From contig NC_057720.1 of assembly GCF_004010195.1 (NCBI RefSeq), forward strand, positions 8,987,503 to 9,007,502: 20,000 bases of DNA. Reading direction: 5' to 3'. The position numbers and the translations under genes are program-made. Shown here piece by piece: positions 1 through 10,760 of this stretch (positions are counted from its first letter, which is position 1; every line of letters starts with the position of its first letter). The DNA comes from Chiloscyllium plagiosum. Lineage: Eukaryota. Under the pieces are notes generated by a model. The model had not been told where the DNA came from. It did no database searches and saw only the letters and a program-made list of their open reading frames with translations.

Positions 1-265
1 GAGGCAAAAGACCCAGCAATAACACAAAAGGAAATGTTTTTACAGCAACAAAGATTAGAATCTCAAGGACATTTCCTCAGAAACTGAGGTAAATGCAGAT
101 GCATCAATAGCTTTCAAAAGGGAATTTAATAAGCACCTTTTAGGGAATAGAAAATTTAAAGGTCTGTAAGAGAAGTAGAGCTAGCTGAATTGCACTTACG
201 GACAGCTAGCATATATGTAATGGATCAAATGGCCTCCTTCTGTTCTGTAGATATTCCATGATTCT
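1..265 (+). mobile_element. Old CR1 LINE 3' end (degenerate)
   Basis: Ends atggatcaaatggcctccttctgttctgtagatattccatgattct, the typical CR1 3'UTR hairpin plus ATTCT-type tail; ttcaaaagggaattt resembles the ORF2 C-terminal FKREL. Confidence 0.7.
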
Positions 266-269
266 GTTA

Positions 270-412
270 CTGTGCGATGTCACCTGTGTGCAAATTAGCA
301 GCTTTCTCACAACATTGCAACAATAACTATATTTCAGAAGTACTTCATTGCTTGTAAAATTCTTTCAGACCTCTGAAATTGCAGAAGATGCTATCTAAGT
401 ACAAATCTTCTC
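270..412 (+). mobile_element. 3' tail of a Deu-domain SINE (SacSINE1/AmnSINE-like)
   Basis: tgtgtgcaaattagcagc...ttcagaagtacttcattgcttgtaaaa...gatgctatctaagtacaaatcttc matches my recollection of the DeuSINE 3' tail and runs into a CTTT tail. Confidence 0.65.
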
Positions 413-600
413 TCCTACCTTCCTACCTTCCTTTCTTTATTTGTTTCTTTCTTCCTTCCTTCTTTCCTTTTCTCTCTCTTTCTTTCTTCATCTCTCTATC
501 TTTCTTCCCATGCCTTTCCTTTCCTTCATTTTCATTCTTTCCTTACTTTTCATTCTTTCTATCCTTTCTTTCTTCCATTCCTGCACTCCATCCTTTCTCT
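407..600 (+). repeat. Degenerate (CTTT/CTTC)n polypyrimidine microsatellite
   Basis: About 190 nt almost entirely C/T; explains the F/S/L-rich ORF 379..687. Confidence 0.95.
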
Positions 601-737
601 TGTCAGTTTGTTAATCTTGTGCATTACCACGAAGGTAATATTTTTCATTGGCACTCTCAATTCTCTTTTGAAATTCCAAAAGCATGAGAGCTCCAAGGCG
701 TCCTTGCGATTGTCTCTGGATTGACAACTGCGCTTAC

Positions 738-927
738 TTATTTTCACAAGGCTTCAGTTCCTGACTGCTACAGATCAGCCTCTTCTGTGTAGGAACTCTT
801 GTTCTGACTAACAACCAGCAGTAACCACCGGCAGCAGTTCCTAAGACAAGAGCTGTTTCAAGCAGCTGGTTCCTTGCTTCATTATGCCTGTCTGTGTCTC
901 TCAAGTCGCATTCCTCCTCACCACCAC
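738..927 (-). other. Candidate exon (possibly non-coding/UTR) in non-repetitive sequence
   Basis: Minus strand reads tttttttttcccttttgcaaatgagttgaacacAG|gtggtg at the 5' side and gaaaataa|GTAAGC at the 3' side; one frame is open but the peptide is not recognised. Confidence 0.25.
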
Positions 928-1342
928 CTGTGTTCAACTCATTTGCAAAAGGGAAAAAAAAAATGTTGACACCATCATTGCTGGAATCAGCAACAAGCTC
1001 GCTAAGCAGAGAGATGCAGCCTGCTCATCTGCTATCCATATCAGTGAGAAGGGCTTTATTAAACTGAGGCAGACAAGGGGAAGGAAAAAAGCAAGCCTGG
1101 GCTAAAAGGAATGGAAATATTTTCAATTGTGAATCGCTTAACTGTCTCGCTGTTTTCAGTTGCAAGTAACATCTCAAAACTTTTGGATGGAATTTGCTGT
1201 TTAAGTAAAAGTGAGGCAAATGGCTGTCATCTGTGTATCAGCCCAATTTGTTACTGACGCTTCCAATGAGGAGCAGGTGCATGGTTAAATGTTAATGTCT
1301 TAATGCTGCTGTCCAACTTTCGACACTCATCACCTAACTTTT

Positions 1343-1664
1343 GATTAGGTTAGATTCCCTACAGTGTGGAAACAGACCCTTCGGCCCAACAAGTCCACAC
1401 TGACCCTCCGAAGAGCAACCCACCCAGACTCATTCCCTTACATTTACCCCTGACTAATGCACCTAACATTGCGGGCAATTTAGCATGGCCAGTTCACCCA
1501 ACCTGCACATCTTTGTGACTGTGGGAGGAACCCGCAGCACCCGGAGGAAACCCATGGGGAGAATGTGCAACCTTCACACAGGCAGTTGGCTGAGGCGGGA
1601 ATTGAACCTGGGTCCCTGGCGCTGTGAAGCAGCAGTGCTAACCACTGAGCCACCGTACCACCCC
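1343..1664 (-). mobile_element. HE1-like tRNA-derived SINE, near full length
   Basis: Minus strand has A box TGGCTCAGTGG, B box GGTTCAATTCC and a CR1-like tail gggccgaagggtctgtttccacactgtagggaatctaa. Confidence 0.9.
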
Positions 1665-2120
1665 ATAGTATTTTGCTGTGACAGTTGTTCATTTTCAGTA
1701 TTAAATACTGTCATCAATCTCTAACATGCAAAAATGTTTATTTTATAGATGTAGAGCCTCATTCCCTCAGGTCTGAATTGTTCAATGAGATTTTTAAAAA
1801 TGTCAAATTTGCAATTAAACCAAAAGTTTGAGTTTTCTTTCTGTCTTTTTATTTATCTCAATTCAATCACTTAATTTCCCTGCTGTTATGAAGACATGTT
1901 CATTGACTTGAGTTAGATATTGGAGTTTTGAAATAACATTTTAAAGAAAGCAAGGCTGTTCACTGAACTGAATTAAAATAGCCATACATTTGTGTTTCTG
2001 TATGTCATGTTCCATTTAATTGTGATGGAGAATTGGGCAGAATTTCGCAATTTCAGTTAAAGTGTTTTCTCCAGTAAGTTTCAGGATTTTCCAGATTGAT
2101 AATGGCGAGGAGTGATCTTT

Positions 2121-2424
2121 CATAGAATCACTGAGGAAGGAGGTCATTCAGCCCATTGGGTGCACAACAAACCTCAGAGTAACATCCCATCTAGACCCAC
2201 TCCATGGCTAACTCACCTAGCCTGTACGTCCCCTAGACATTCAAGGCAATTTCCTACGGCCAATCCACCTAACCTGCACACCCTTGGACTTTGGGAGGAA
2301 ACTGGAGCACCTGTGGGAACCCACACAGGCAGTGGGAAATTGTGCAAATGCCATACAGAAAGCTGCCCGAGAGTGGAATCGAACCTAGGTCCCTGGGGCT
2401 GCAGTGCTAACCACCATGCCACCC
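2121..2424 (-). mobile_element. HE1-like SINE, older copy
   Basis: Homologous to 1343-1664 (ccacctaacctgcaca, gggaggaaactggagcac, gcagtgctaaccac); B box GGTTCGATTCC on the minus strand. Confidence 0.85.
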
Positions 2425-2684
2425 ACTTTCTTACACAATTGTTCTTCTTCTACTACCTTGTTAAATTATACAATGAGGCTCTTGGATTCCCTTCTCATGG
2501 AATTATCCAGCAGGAGAGACTGAAATGCTTATTATTGTTGAGACTTTGTGATATTCGCACCATTGACACCATGTTTAAAGCCCAGCTGTTTACCATTTCA
2601 GATGTTCTGTTATGGATCAGACCAAATTCCCTTAAAACATATCAGTGAGCTAACCTCAACCCTAACTTTGCCTTATTTAAAGGC

Positions 2685-2830
2685 AACTGCTATGGAAAGG
2701 ATATTATTAACATGCAGAGAGTTCAGGAAAGATTTACCAAGATGTTGCCAGGAATGCACGGTTTGAGATCTAAAAGTAGGCTGGGACTTATTTTGTTAAA
2801 GCATATCACATTGATGGGTGACCTTATAAA
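2685..2830 (+). mobile_element. CR1 ORF2 C-terminal fragment (left part, interrupted)
   Basis: Encodes RVQERFTKMLPG and GDLI, homologous to 4240-4360. Confidence 0.85.
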
Positions 2831-3143
2831 GTTGATTTTAACCTTACTGCGAATCCTCTTGCAAGGATGCCTACCTTGAAGAAGTTCTCCTCCTCTCTCC
2901 ACAAGAATCTCAGTGAGTCTCTCTCTCACTGCAACCCCCAGGTACTCTTTGCTACCTTCTCCCCAACCCCACCCCCCCCACTTATCTCTCCAACCTGGAG
3001 GCTCCCTGCCTGTATTCCTGATGTAGGGCTTTTGCCCAAAACTTCGATTTTCCTGCTCCTCGGATGCTGCCTGACCTGCTGTGCTTTTCCAGCACCACTC
3101 TAATCTAAACTCTGGTTTCCAGCATCTGCAGTCCTCGCTTTTG
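2831..3143 (+). mobile_element. Penelope-like element fragment, family A terminal repeat plus adjacent segment
   Basis: 2943-3143 is homologous to 16610-16810 and carries a degenerate hammerhead at 3014-3049; 2831-2942 is probably further PLE sequence (inference). Confidence 0.75.
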
Positions 3144-3302
3144 CAACATTTAAAAGACATTTGGATACTACATGAGTAAGAAATGCTTGGAGGGATATGG
3201 GCAAATGCAGGCATATGGGACTAGTTTAGTTTGCGAACTTGGTTCAGATGGACTGATTGGACCAAAGGGGCTGTTTGCATGCTCTATGACTGTATGACTC
3301 TA
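3144..3302 (+). mobile_element. CR1 3' end (right part)
   Basis: caacatttaaaagacatttggat (TFKRHLD) to tail ctctatgactgtatgactcta; homologous to 4563-4713. Confidence 0.9.
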
Positions 3303-3398
3303 AATATTAGGTGCTGCATTTCAGAGAGAGAGAGATGTATCTAAAAGCTTCATCTTGAAAAACCCCAACTTCAACAACTGAAAGCAAAACCAAAACCC

Positions 3399-3525
3399 CC
3401 GATGAAGGGCTTAGGCCTGAAACATCGATTCTACTTCTCCTTGGATGCTGCCTGACCTGCTGTGCTTTTCCAGCAACACATTATCGACTCTGATCTCCAG
3501 CATCTGCAGTCCTCACTTTCTCCTG
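3399..3525 (+). mobile_element. PLE family A terminal-repeat fragment
   Basis: gatgaagggcttaggcctgaaacatcgatt...ggatgctgcctgacctgctgtgcttttccagca...ccagcatctgcagtc. Confidence 0.8.
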
Positions 3526-3589
3526 TCTGAAGGAAGTTTCAAGATTCACTTGGAAGTATTTCTGTAGACATAGCAACTTCATTTGAAAA

Positions 3590-4025
3590 CGACAAAAAAA
3601 TGAAATCAATGCAGATGCTGTAAATCAGAAATAAAAACCAGAAATTGCTGGAAGAGCTCAGCAGGTCTGGCAGCACCTGTGGAGAGAAATCAGAGTCAAT
3701 GTTTTGAGTCTGTGACCCTTTTTCAGAACTGACGGTAATGCAGAAATGTTGCTTTTTATGCAGAAGACAGGGTGGGGGGAGGGGGTAAGGAGTAAATGAT
3801 AGGTGGCAATAGACCCCAACAAGAGATTAAAAACAGTTTGACAGACAGAGGAGTGGATTAAGATCAGCGTGCAGAATAGCTTGCTGCTCATGAGGACTGT
3901 TTGTAGCTGGCAATGCGTTGTGTGTGGCAGCAGCCTGTGTGATGACACAGCCTGGTGTATGGGGGTGGAGCAAAGTGTGAGGCAAGGTGCCTGAAGCTCT
4001 AAAATTGTTGAATTTGATATTGAGT
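3590..4025 (-). mobile_element. PLE family B 3' part: ORF end, 3'UTR and terminal repeat
   Basis: Minus strand at 4024-3995 reads LNIKFNNFRA (PLE ORF end); the terminal repeat is homologous to 11293-11430 and has a dead hammerhead at 3693-3731. Confidence 0.8.
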
Positions 4026-4713
4026 TAGTGCATGTTCCTAGCTCCTTGAGATTAGAGTCGCAGGTAGATAGGATAGTGAAGAAAGCGTTTGGTATGCTTT
4101 CCTTTATTGGTCAGAGTATTGAGTACAGGGGTTGGGAGGTCATGTTGCGACTGTACAGGACATTGGTTAGCCCTCTTTTGAAATATTGTGTGCAATTCTC
4201 GTCTCCTTCCTATCGGAAGGATTTTGTGAAACTGGAAAGGGTTCAGAAAAGATTTACAAGGATGTTGCCGGGGTTAGAGAGTTCGAGCTATAGGGAGAGG
4301 CTGAGCAGGCTGGGGCTGTTTTCCCTGGAGGGTCAGAGGCTGAGGGGTGACCTTATAGAGGTTGATAAAATCATGAGGGGTATGGATAGGATAAATAGTC
4401 AAGGCCTTTTCCCTAGGGTGGGTGAGTCCAGAACTAGAGGGCATAAGTTTAGGATGAGAGGTGAAAGATATAAAAGAGACCTAAGGGGCAACATTTTCAA
4501 GCAGAGGGTGGTACAGGTATGGAATGAGTTGCCAGAGGAAGTGGTGGAGGCTGGAACAATTACAACATTTAAAAGGCATCTGGATGAGTATATTGCTAGG
4601 AAGGGTTTGGAGGGAAATAGGCTGGGTGCTGGCAGGTGGGACTAGATTGAGTTGGGATGTCTGGTCGGCATGGATGAGTTAGTCTGTTTCCGTGCTGTAC
4701 ATCTCTATGACTC
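4026..4713 (+). mobile_element. 5'-truncated CR1 (HER1-like) LINE with open ORF2 C-terminus
   Basis: ORF 4028..4645 reads YRTLVSPLLKYCVQF, LERVQKRFTRMLPGL, RLRGDLIEV, WNELPEEVVEA; 3' tail tctatgactc. Confidence 0.95.
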
Positions 4714-5030
4714 GCCAAGCAGAAAATGAAGTGCTGTTCTTCCAGCTTGCACTGAGCTTTGCTGGAGCACTGCAGCAAGTCTGAGACAGAGACATTGGCC
4801 AGGGAACCGGGTGGGCAGTCTACTGGAGACTCATGGTCTTTGTTGCAGACAGAACGCAGGTGTTCTGCAAATCCTATGCTTCATTTCTCTAATGTGGATA
4901 CTCTGATACTCTGAGTAGTGAATGCAGTGGACTAGATTGAGTGAAGTTCTGGTGAATCACTGTTTCACCTGGAAGGTTTGTTTGGAGCCTGGGACAGTGA
5001 GGTGGGAGGAGGTAAATGGGAGGTAAAGTG
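4714..5030 (-). pseudogene. Penelope-like GIY-YIG endonuclease relic (continuation of 3590-4025)
   Basis: Minus-strand translation with a stop and frameshifts: GSKQTFQVKQ*FTRTSLNLVHCI...HIREMKHR/FAEHLRSVCNKD...LQCSSKAQCKLEEQHFIFCL. This matches the PLE pattern NLVYCI..C..C...YIGET.R.L..RF.EH. Confidence 0.85.
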
Positions 5031-5210
5031 TAAGTGGAAGGTGTTATGGGACTGTGGGATGTGTTGGGAGTGTAGGGTAGTGGTGGACTGGAGTGTCCAT
5101 TTAAACAGTTTGAGACAGGTGGCCTCTAAGAAATGGGAGAGCTTACAAGTGAATAAACTAAGTAGTGTGGTAAATCATGCTTTGTGATATAAGTTTTTTT
5201 TAAGTTTAGA

Positions 5211-5338
5211 GGGAAAGCAACTTATCAGTTTTAGAATTCTATACCTGGGAGAGTAACGTATCAGTTTCAGTTTCAGTTTTAGAATTCTATACGTGGGAGA
5301 GCAACTTATCAGTTTTAATTTCAGTTTTGGAATTCTAC
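5211..5338 (+). repeat. Three-copy minisatellite (36-48 bp unit)
   Basis: Unit gggagagcaacttatcagtt(tcagtt)n ttagaattctatac starting at 5211, 5247 and 5295. Confidence 0.9.
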
Positions 5339-5426
5339 AGGGTTTTAAAAAAAAGATGGATGCATAAAGAGGTTTCTTGAGAGAAATGGAAAAAATGAAT
5401 TAGATCTGTTAAAAATAAATAATGTA

Positions 5427-6386
5427 ATTAAGGACAAAAGGGTAACTAAGGAGGAACTAGGGCCCCTTAAAGATCAGTAAGATTGCCTATGTGTGGAACC
5501 GCAGGAAATGGGGGAGATACTAAACAAACATTTTGCACCAGTGCTTACTGTGGAGAAGGACATGGAAGATGTAGAACGTGAGGAAATAAAAAATGACATC
5601 TTGAAAATTGTCCATATTACATAGGAGGAGGTGCTGGATGTCATAAAATGCATAAAGGTGGATGAATCTCTGGGACCTGATCAGGTGTACCCTAGAACTT
5701 TGTGGGAAGCTAGGGAAATGATTGCTGGGCTCCTTGCTGAGATATTTGTATTACTGGAAGACTAGAGCTTGGCTAAAGTGGTGCCACTGTTTAGGAAGGG
5801 TGGTAATGAAAAACAAGGGAACTATAGACCAGCGAGCCCGACATCAGTGGTGAACAAGTTGATGGAGAGAATTCTGAGGGACAGGATTGTCATGTATTTG
5901 GAAGGCAACAATTGATTATGGATAGTCAACATGGCTTTGTGTGTGGGAAATTGTGTCTCACTAACTTTATTAAGTTTTTTGAAGAAGATTGATGAAGGCA
6001 GAGTGGTGGACGTGATCTGTATGAACTTCAGTAAGGTTCCTTATGGTAGACTGGTTAGCAAGGTTAGATCACGTAGAAGAGTGGGAGAACTAGCCATTTG
6101 GATACAGAGCTGGCTCAAAGGTAGGAGACAGAGGGTGGTAGTGGAGGATTACCTTTCAGACTGGAGGCCTGTGACTAGTGGTGTGCCACAAGGATCGGTG
6201 CTGGGACCACTGAGTTTCATCATTTATATAAATTGTTCTGTTGTGAATATAAGAGGTATGGTTAGTAAGTTTGCAGATGACACCAAAATTGGAGGTGTAG
6301 TGGACAGTGAAGAAAGTTACCTCAGAGTGAAATGGGACCTTGATCAGATGGGCCGGTGGGCCAATTGGCAGATGCAGTTTAATTTA
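5427..6386 (+). mobile_element. CR1 ORF2 reverse transcriptase fragment (left part)
   Basis: GNYRP, SQHGFV, VTSGVPQGSVLGP and SKFADDTK motifs, with stops and frameshifts. Confidence 0.95.
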
Positions 6387-7222
6387 TTATTTATTTTAAT
6401 TAATTTGATTTATGTAGTCATGTGTACCTGAGTACAGTGAAAAACTTTGTCTCGCGAGCAGTACAGGCATGTCATCGCAAACAAGTGCATACAGAGCATC
6501 GGGTGCCAAGACAGAATGAGGTATACAGATTACACTGCACACGAAGGACACAAAGCAGGATCAACATTAACAAGATCAACATCATTTAAAGTTAGAGAGT
6601 CCATTCATCAGTCTACTAACTGCAGGGAAGGAGCTGTTCTTGAACCTGTTGGTGTATGTGTTCAGGCTTCTGTATCTTCTGCCTGATGGAAGAGGTTATA
6701 GGAGAGCATTACTGAGGTAGATGGGGTCTTTGATGATGATGGCAGCCTTTCCACGGGAACGAGCTGTGTAAATGGAGTCCATGGATGGGAGGTTGGTTTC
6801 TGTGATGGTCTGGGCTGTGCACACAACTCTGTAATTTCTTACAGACCTGGGCAGAGCAGTTGCTTTCTATGGTGCATCTGTAAATGTTGGTGAGGGTCCT
6901 TATGGACAGCTGAATTTCCTTAGTCTTCTGAGGAAGAAGTGGTGTTGTTGTGCCTTCTTGACTATTGTATCTACTTGGGAAGTACAGGACAGGTTGTCAG
7001 CTGTCGACACTCCAAGGAACTTGACGCTCTCCATCCTCTCAACCTCCGTTCTGTTGATGTAGATAAGGGTGTGTCCTCTTCCATCTTTTCTGAAATCAGT
7101 GATCAGAGATTTCATTTTGCTGACATTGAGAGAGGTTGTTATCATTGCATTACAACACTAAGCCCTCTATCTCCTCTCTGTGTTTTGACTCCTCGTTCTT
7201 TGATATCTGTCATATCATAAGA
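6387..7222 (-). mobile_element. 5'-truncated Rex1/Babar-type LINE inserted in CR1
   Basis: LNVSKMKSLITDFRK...EVERMESVKFLGV...VKKAQQHHFFLRRLRKF; AT-rich 3' tail at 6387; flanked by TAATTTA at 6380-6386 and 7223-7229. Confidence 0.85.
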
Positions 7223-7615
7223 TAATTTAGATAAATGTGAGGTGCTGAATTTTGGAAAGGCAAATCAGGGCAGGACTAACATACCTAATGGTTTAGGTCC
7301 TAGGGAGTGTTGCTGATAAAAGAGACTTTAGAGTGTCGGTTCATAGTTCCTTGAAAGTGGAGTTGTAGGTAGACAGGATAATGAAGAAGACATTTGGTAT
7401 GCTGTTCTTTATTGTTCAGAGTATTGAGTACAGGAGTTGGGAGGCCATGTTGCGGCTGTACAGGACATTGGTTAGGCCACAGTTGGAATATTGCATGCAA
7501 TTCTGGTCTCCTTCCTATCGGAAAGATGTTGTGAAACTTGAAAGGGTTCAGAAAAGATTTAGACGGATGTTGCTAGGGTGGAGGATTTGAGCTATACGGA
7601 GCAGTTGAATAGGCT
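7223..7615 (+). mobile_element. CR1 ORF2 fragment (right part)
   Basis: Resumes FNLDKCEVLNFGK, then YRTLVRPQLEYCMQFWSP. Confidence 0.95.
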
Positions 7616-7619
7616 TATT

Positions 7620-7945
7620 TTGATTGAAGGATAGTTGTTGATCAGGACACTGGGATATCTTCACTGTTCCTATCTAAACAATTTTTCCAGTGATCTTTTG
7701 CACACTTGGTCCTGCACGAGAGTGTCATCCTAGTGTTTTATCTTCACAGTGAACTTGAAGCCTCACTGAGTCAGAGGTCAGAGTGTGACCCATTGATCAC
7801 AGATGGCATGAAAAGGAAAATTGTACCTGGATCTAATGTTTCATACAAAAGTCATAGTCACTAACCGAGCCTCACTTTCTTATGACTGGACCTAACATGG
7901 CTGCTGAGGTAATGTGCGCAAGTCCCTGGGGTGGGACTCAAACCA
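7620..7945 (-). mobile_element. Two degenerate DeuSINE fragments
   Basis: ttgatcaggacactgggga, ctgagtcagaggtcagagtg and caagtccctggggtgggactcaaacc resemble the reverse complement of a tRNA head and Deu core. Confidence 0.5.
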
Positions 7946-7954
7946 TGTGGTTAG

Positions 7955-8325
7955 CATTCAGCAGAATTTTGAAGGATGAGCGAGGAGTTTGATTAATGCT
8001 TACAGAATACTGAGAGACCTGGACAGGTTGGACATGGAGAAGATGTTTTCACGAGTAGGAAAGACTGGAATCTGAAGGAACAGGCTTGGAGTGAAGGGAC
8101 AACCCTTTGGAACTGAGATGAGAAGGATTTATTCAGGTAAACCTGGGAAACTCATTGTCGCAGAAGACAACTGAGTGTATTTAGGACAAAGCCAAATAGG
8201 TTCTTTCTTAGTAAGGGCATCAAAGGTTATGGGGAGAAGGCAGGAGAATAAGAAACATTTCAGTCATGATCAAATGCTGGAGCAGATTCAATGGGCCAAA
8301 TGTCCTCATTCTGCTCCTACTTCTG
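7955..8325 (+). mobile_element. Old CR1 3' end
   Basis: ccctttggaactgagatgagaagga, ggttatggggagaaggcagga and atgggccaaatgtcctcattctgctcctacttct. Confidence 0.8.
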
Positions 8326-8370
8326 ATAGAATGCTTGCTAGAAGTCCATAAAGCTATCACCCGAAGATGG

Positions 8371-8650
8371 AAGAAAGGAAAGAAGGAACTTGTATCTATC
8401 TACTGTCTCTTAAACATCTAACAGTACATGTGCTGAAGTGCACGTGTAGTTGTCATTAATATGTAAATATGACCCAAAGAAAACCCCACACCGTGAAGTT
8501 CTATGAGCATCATCATGACTGATTAGTCGTTTTGATTTGACTGTGTTTGTTGAAAAAGGAATGTTGATCAGGAAAACTCCCTTCATGGCGAAACAAGATC
8601 TTTAAAACCATCATCCTAGGCTGACAGACCTGAACATAAAATCTAATCTC
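8371..8650 (-). mobile_element. Highly degenerate DeuSINE
   Basis: aagaaaggaaagaaggaacttgtatctat is the reverse complement of a CTTT tail; gttgaaaaaggaatgttgatcagga resembles 7620-7650. Confidence 0.4.
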
Positions 8651-8799
8651 AGGTAATCCATTGTCACTCACTAAAATTTCCGGAGGCTCGGAGGCTCAAA
8701 AATAAGGCTGTCGTTATATTTTAGATATCAGTTCCATCTGCTGTAGGTAAAGTATTCCTCAGCCTTTTGAAAAGGGGGTAATAAAACATCTTTACAATT

Positions 8800-8930
8800 G
8801 CAGTTAATAGGAGTCAGCATGAGTTTACGAATTCTTCCGGGTTTTTGGAAGATAACACAGACCTTATTGACAGAAGAAATTCAGTCAATGTTTAGATTGC
8901 AACAAGGCTTTTGTTAACTGGCTCAACGCA
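8800..8930 (+). mobile_element. Very old CR1 RT fragment
   Basis: agtcagcatgagttt (SQHxF) and ttagattgcaacaaggctttt (LD..KAF). Confidence 0.45.
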
Positions 8931-9076
8931 ATCATTTAGTCTGTATGTTGTGTGGTATGGAATAGTCACGGAGTCTGAGCATCCATTCACTGTCGCTTTT
9001 GGCAGATGTCAGCGGTAGCTGAGAGTATTCTCTTTTTCAAGATTTGGCTTCAACTCCCACGCTATAATCAAAAGCA

Positions 9077-9450
9077 CATAGAGTCATAGAGTCATGCAGC
9101 ACAGAAACAGACCCTTCAGTCCAACCAGTCTATGCAGAACATAATCCCAAACTAAACTAGCCCCATCCATCTGCCTGCTCCTGTCAAATATACTTCCAAA
9201 CCTTTCCTATTCATGTACTTATCCAAATGTCTTTTAAATGTTGTAATTGTCCCACATCCACCTCTTCCTCAGGAAGTTCATTTCACACGCGAACTGCTCT
9301 CTGTGTGATAAGTTTGCTTCTTACGTCTTTTTTAAATCTCTCTCCTCTCACCTTAAAAATGTGGCCCCTCATCTTGAAATCCCCCATCCTAGGGAAAAGA
9401 CAACTACCATTAACACTATCTATACCCCTCAATATTTTACAAACTTCTGT
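9077..9450 (-). mobile_element. CR1 3' end
   Basis: catagagtcatagagtcat octamer tail; the reverse complement encodes TTFKRHLDKYM. Confidence 0.9.
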
Positions 9451-10025
9451 CAGACACAATCACAACTCCTGGTTTACAGATGCCACACTATAGTGCAATA
9501 ATACTGCACAATTCTGACCCAGTACTTAAAAATGTGCGCAAAACCAAGATTCTGCTATAATTCATGTGCTACAGGTTGACAACAGGATGTCGTTCTGAAG
9601 ACAGCCTGTCTCACATTCTCAGGGGAAAGAGACTAGAGTGAGTAATATTGACAACAGGAGAGGAAAGGACCAACAACAATGATGCAGCTTGAAGGCATCA
9701 AAATCTGAATACAAAAAATGGAAAGCTTGTGATATTTGACAATGCAACAAACTCTTTAAAGATTAAATGGCCTGAAAAGCTACTCCCAAGGGTTGAACGG
9801 ACTAGTAGGTTTGAGTTTTTTGCATTGTCTATGAGCAAGCTAACCACAAGTGTCGAAAGTGCTTTCTTTGAAAATCCTTGTCTAGACAAAAAGCCCTGAA
9901 ACATTCATAGATAATTAGTTGGACTCCACAAAGGACCATAAGCATTGTTCTCTGTTGCAGCATGACAGGCAAATCATTAAGAAAGCAAATGGAACATTCA
10001 CATTTTATCGGGTCATGCAGTAATG

Positions 10026-10760
10026 GAGTCAAAGAGTCAGACAGCACAGAAACAGACCCTTTGGTCCAACCAGTCCATGTCAACCAGATATCCTAAACTA
10101 TTCTAGTCTCATTTGCCAGCATTTAGCCCATATTCTTCTAAACCCTTCCTATTCATGTAACCTGCCTTTTAAATGTTGTAATTGTACCAGCCTCCACCAC
10201 TTTCTCCGGCAACTCATTCCATACATGCACCACCCTCTACATGAAAAGGTTGCCCCTTAGGTACCCTTTAAATCTTTCCCCTCTCACCCTAAACCCATGC
10301 CCCCTAATTTTGGACTCCCCTACCCCGGGGATAAGATCTTGGTTATTCAGCCTGTGACGTTCCAGGGAAAATAACACCAGCCTATTCAGCCTCTCCCTGT
10401 AGCTCAAATCTTCCAACCCTGGCAACATCCTTGTAAATCTTTTCTGAACCCTTACAAGTTTAGCACATATTTCCTACAGCAGGGAGACCAGAACTGAACG
10501 CTGTATTCCAAAAGTGGCCTAATCATTGTCATGTATAGCCACAGCATGACCTCCCAACTCCTATACTCAATGCACTGACCAATAAAGGAAAGCATACCAA
10601 ACACAGTCTTCACTATCTTATCTACTTGCGATTCCTCTTTCAAGGAACTATAAATCTGCACCCCAAAGTCTCCTTCTTCAGCAACACTCCCCTGACTTTA
10701 CCATTAGATGTATAAGTCCTACACTGATTTGTTTTTCCAAAACACAGCACCCCACATTTA
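10026..10760 (-). mobile_element. 5'-truncated CR1 inserted in an older + strand CR1 (about 9925-10025 and 10800-10940)
   Basis: ORFs 10452..10661 (RPLLEYSVQFWSP) and 10237..10428 (MLPGLEDLSYRERL); the flanks carry IKKANG and LEYCAQF remnants. Confidence 0.9.

Noticed and set aside
379..687. 102-aa hydrophobic ORF
   Set aside because: Translation of the CT microsatellite.
1590..1664. tRNA gene (also 12350-12413, 14290-14357, 17810-17880)
   Set aside because: The A/B boxes are SINE heads continuing into the SINE body, with no full cloverleaf.
2112..3214. ORFs of 178 and 163 aa
   Set aside because: They cross SINE, PLE and CR1 boundaries and are chance read-throughs.
5211..5338. CRISPR-like array
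   Set aside because: Contiguous tandem units without unique spacers, in vertebrate context with no cas genes.
8985..9660. Possible DeuSINE split by the CR1 at 9077-9450
   Set aside because: Similarity too weak to support by eye.
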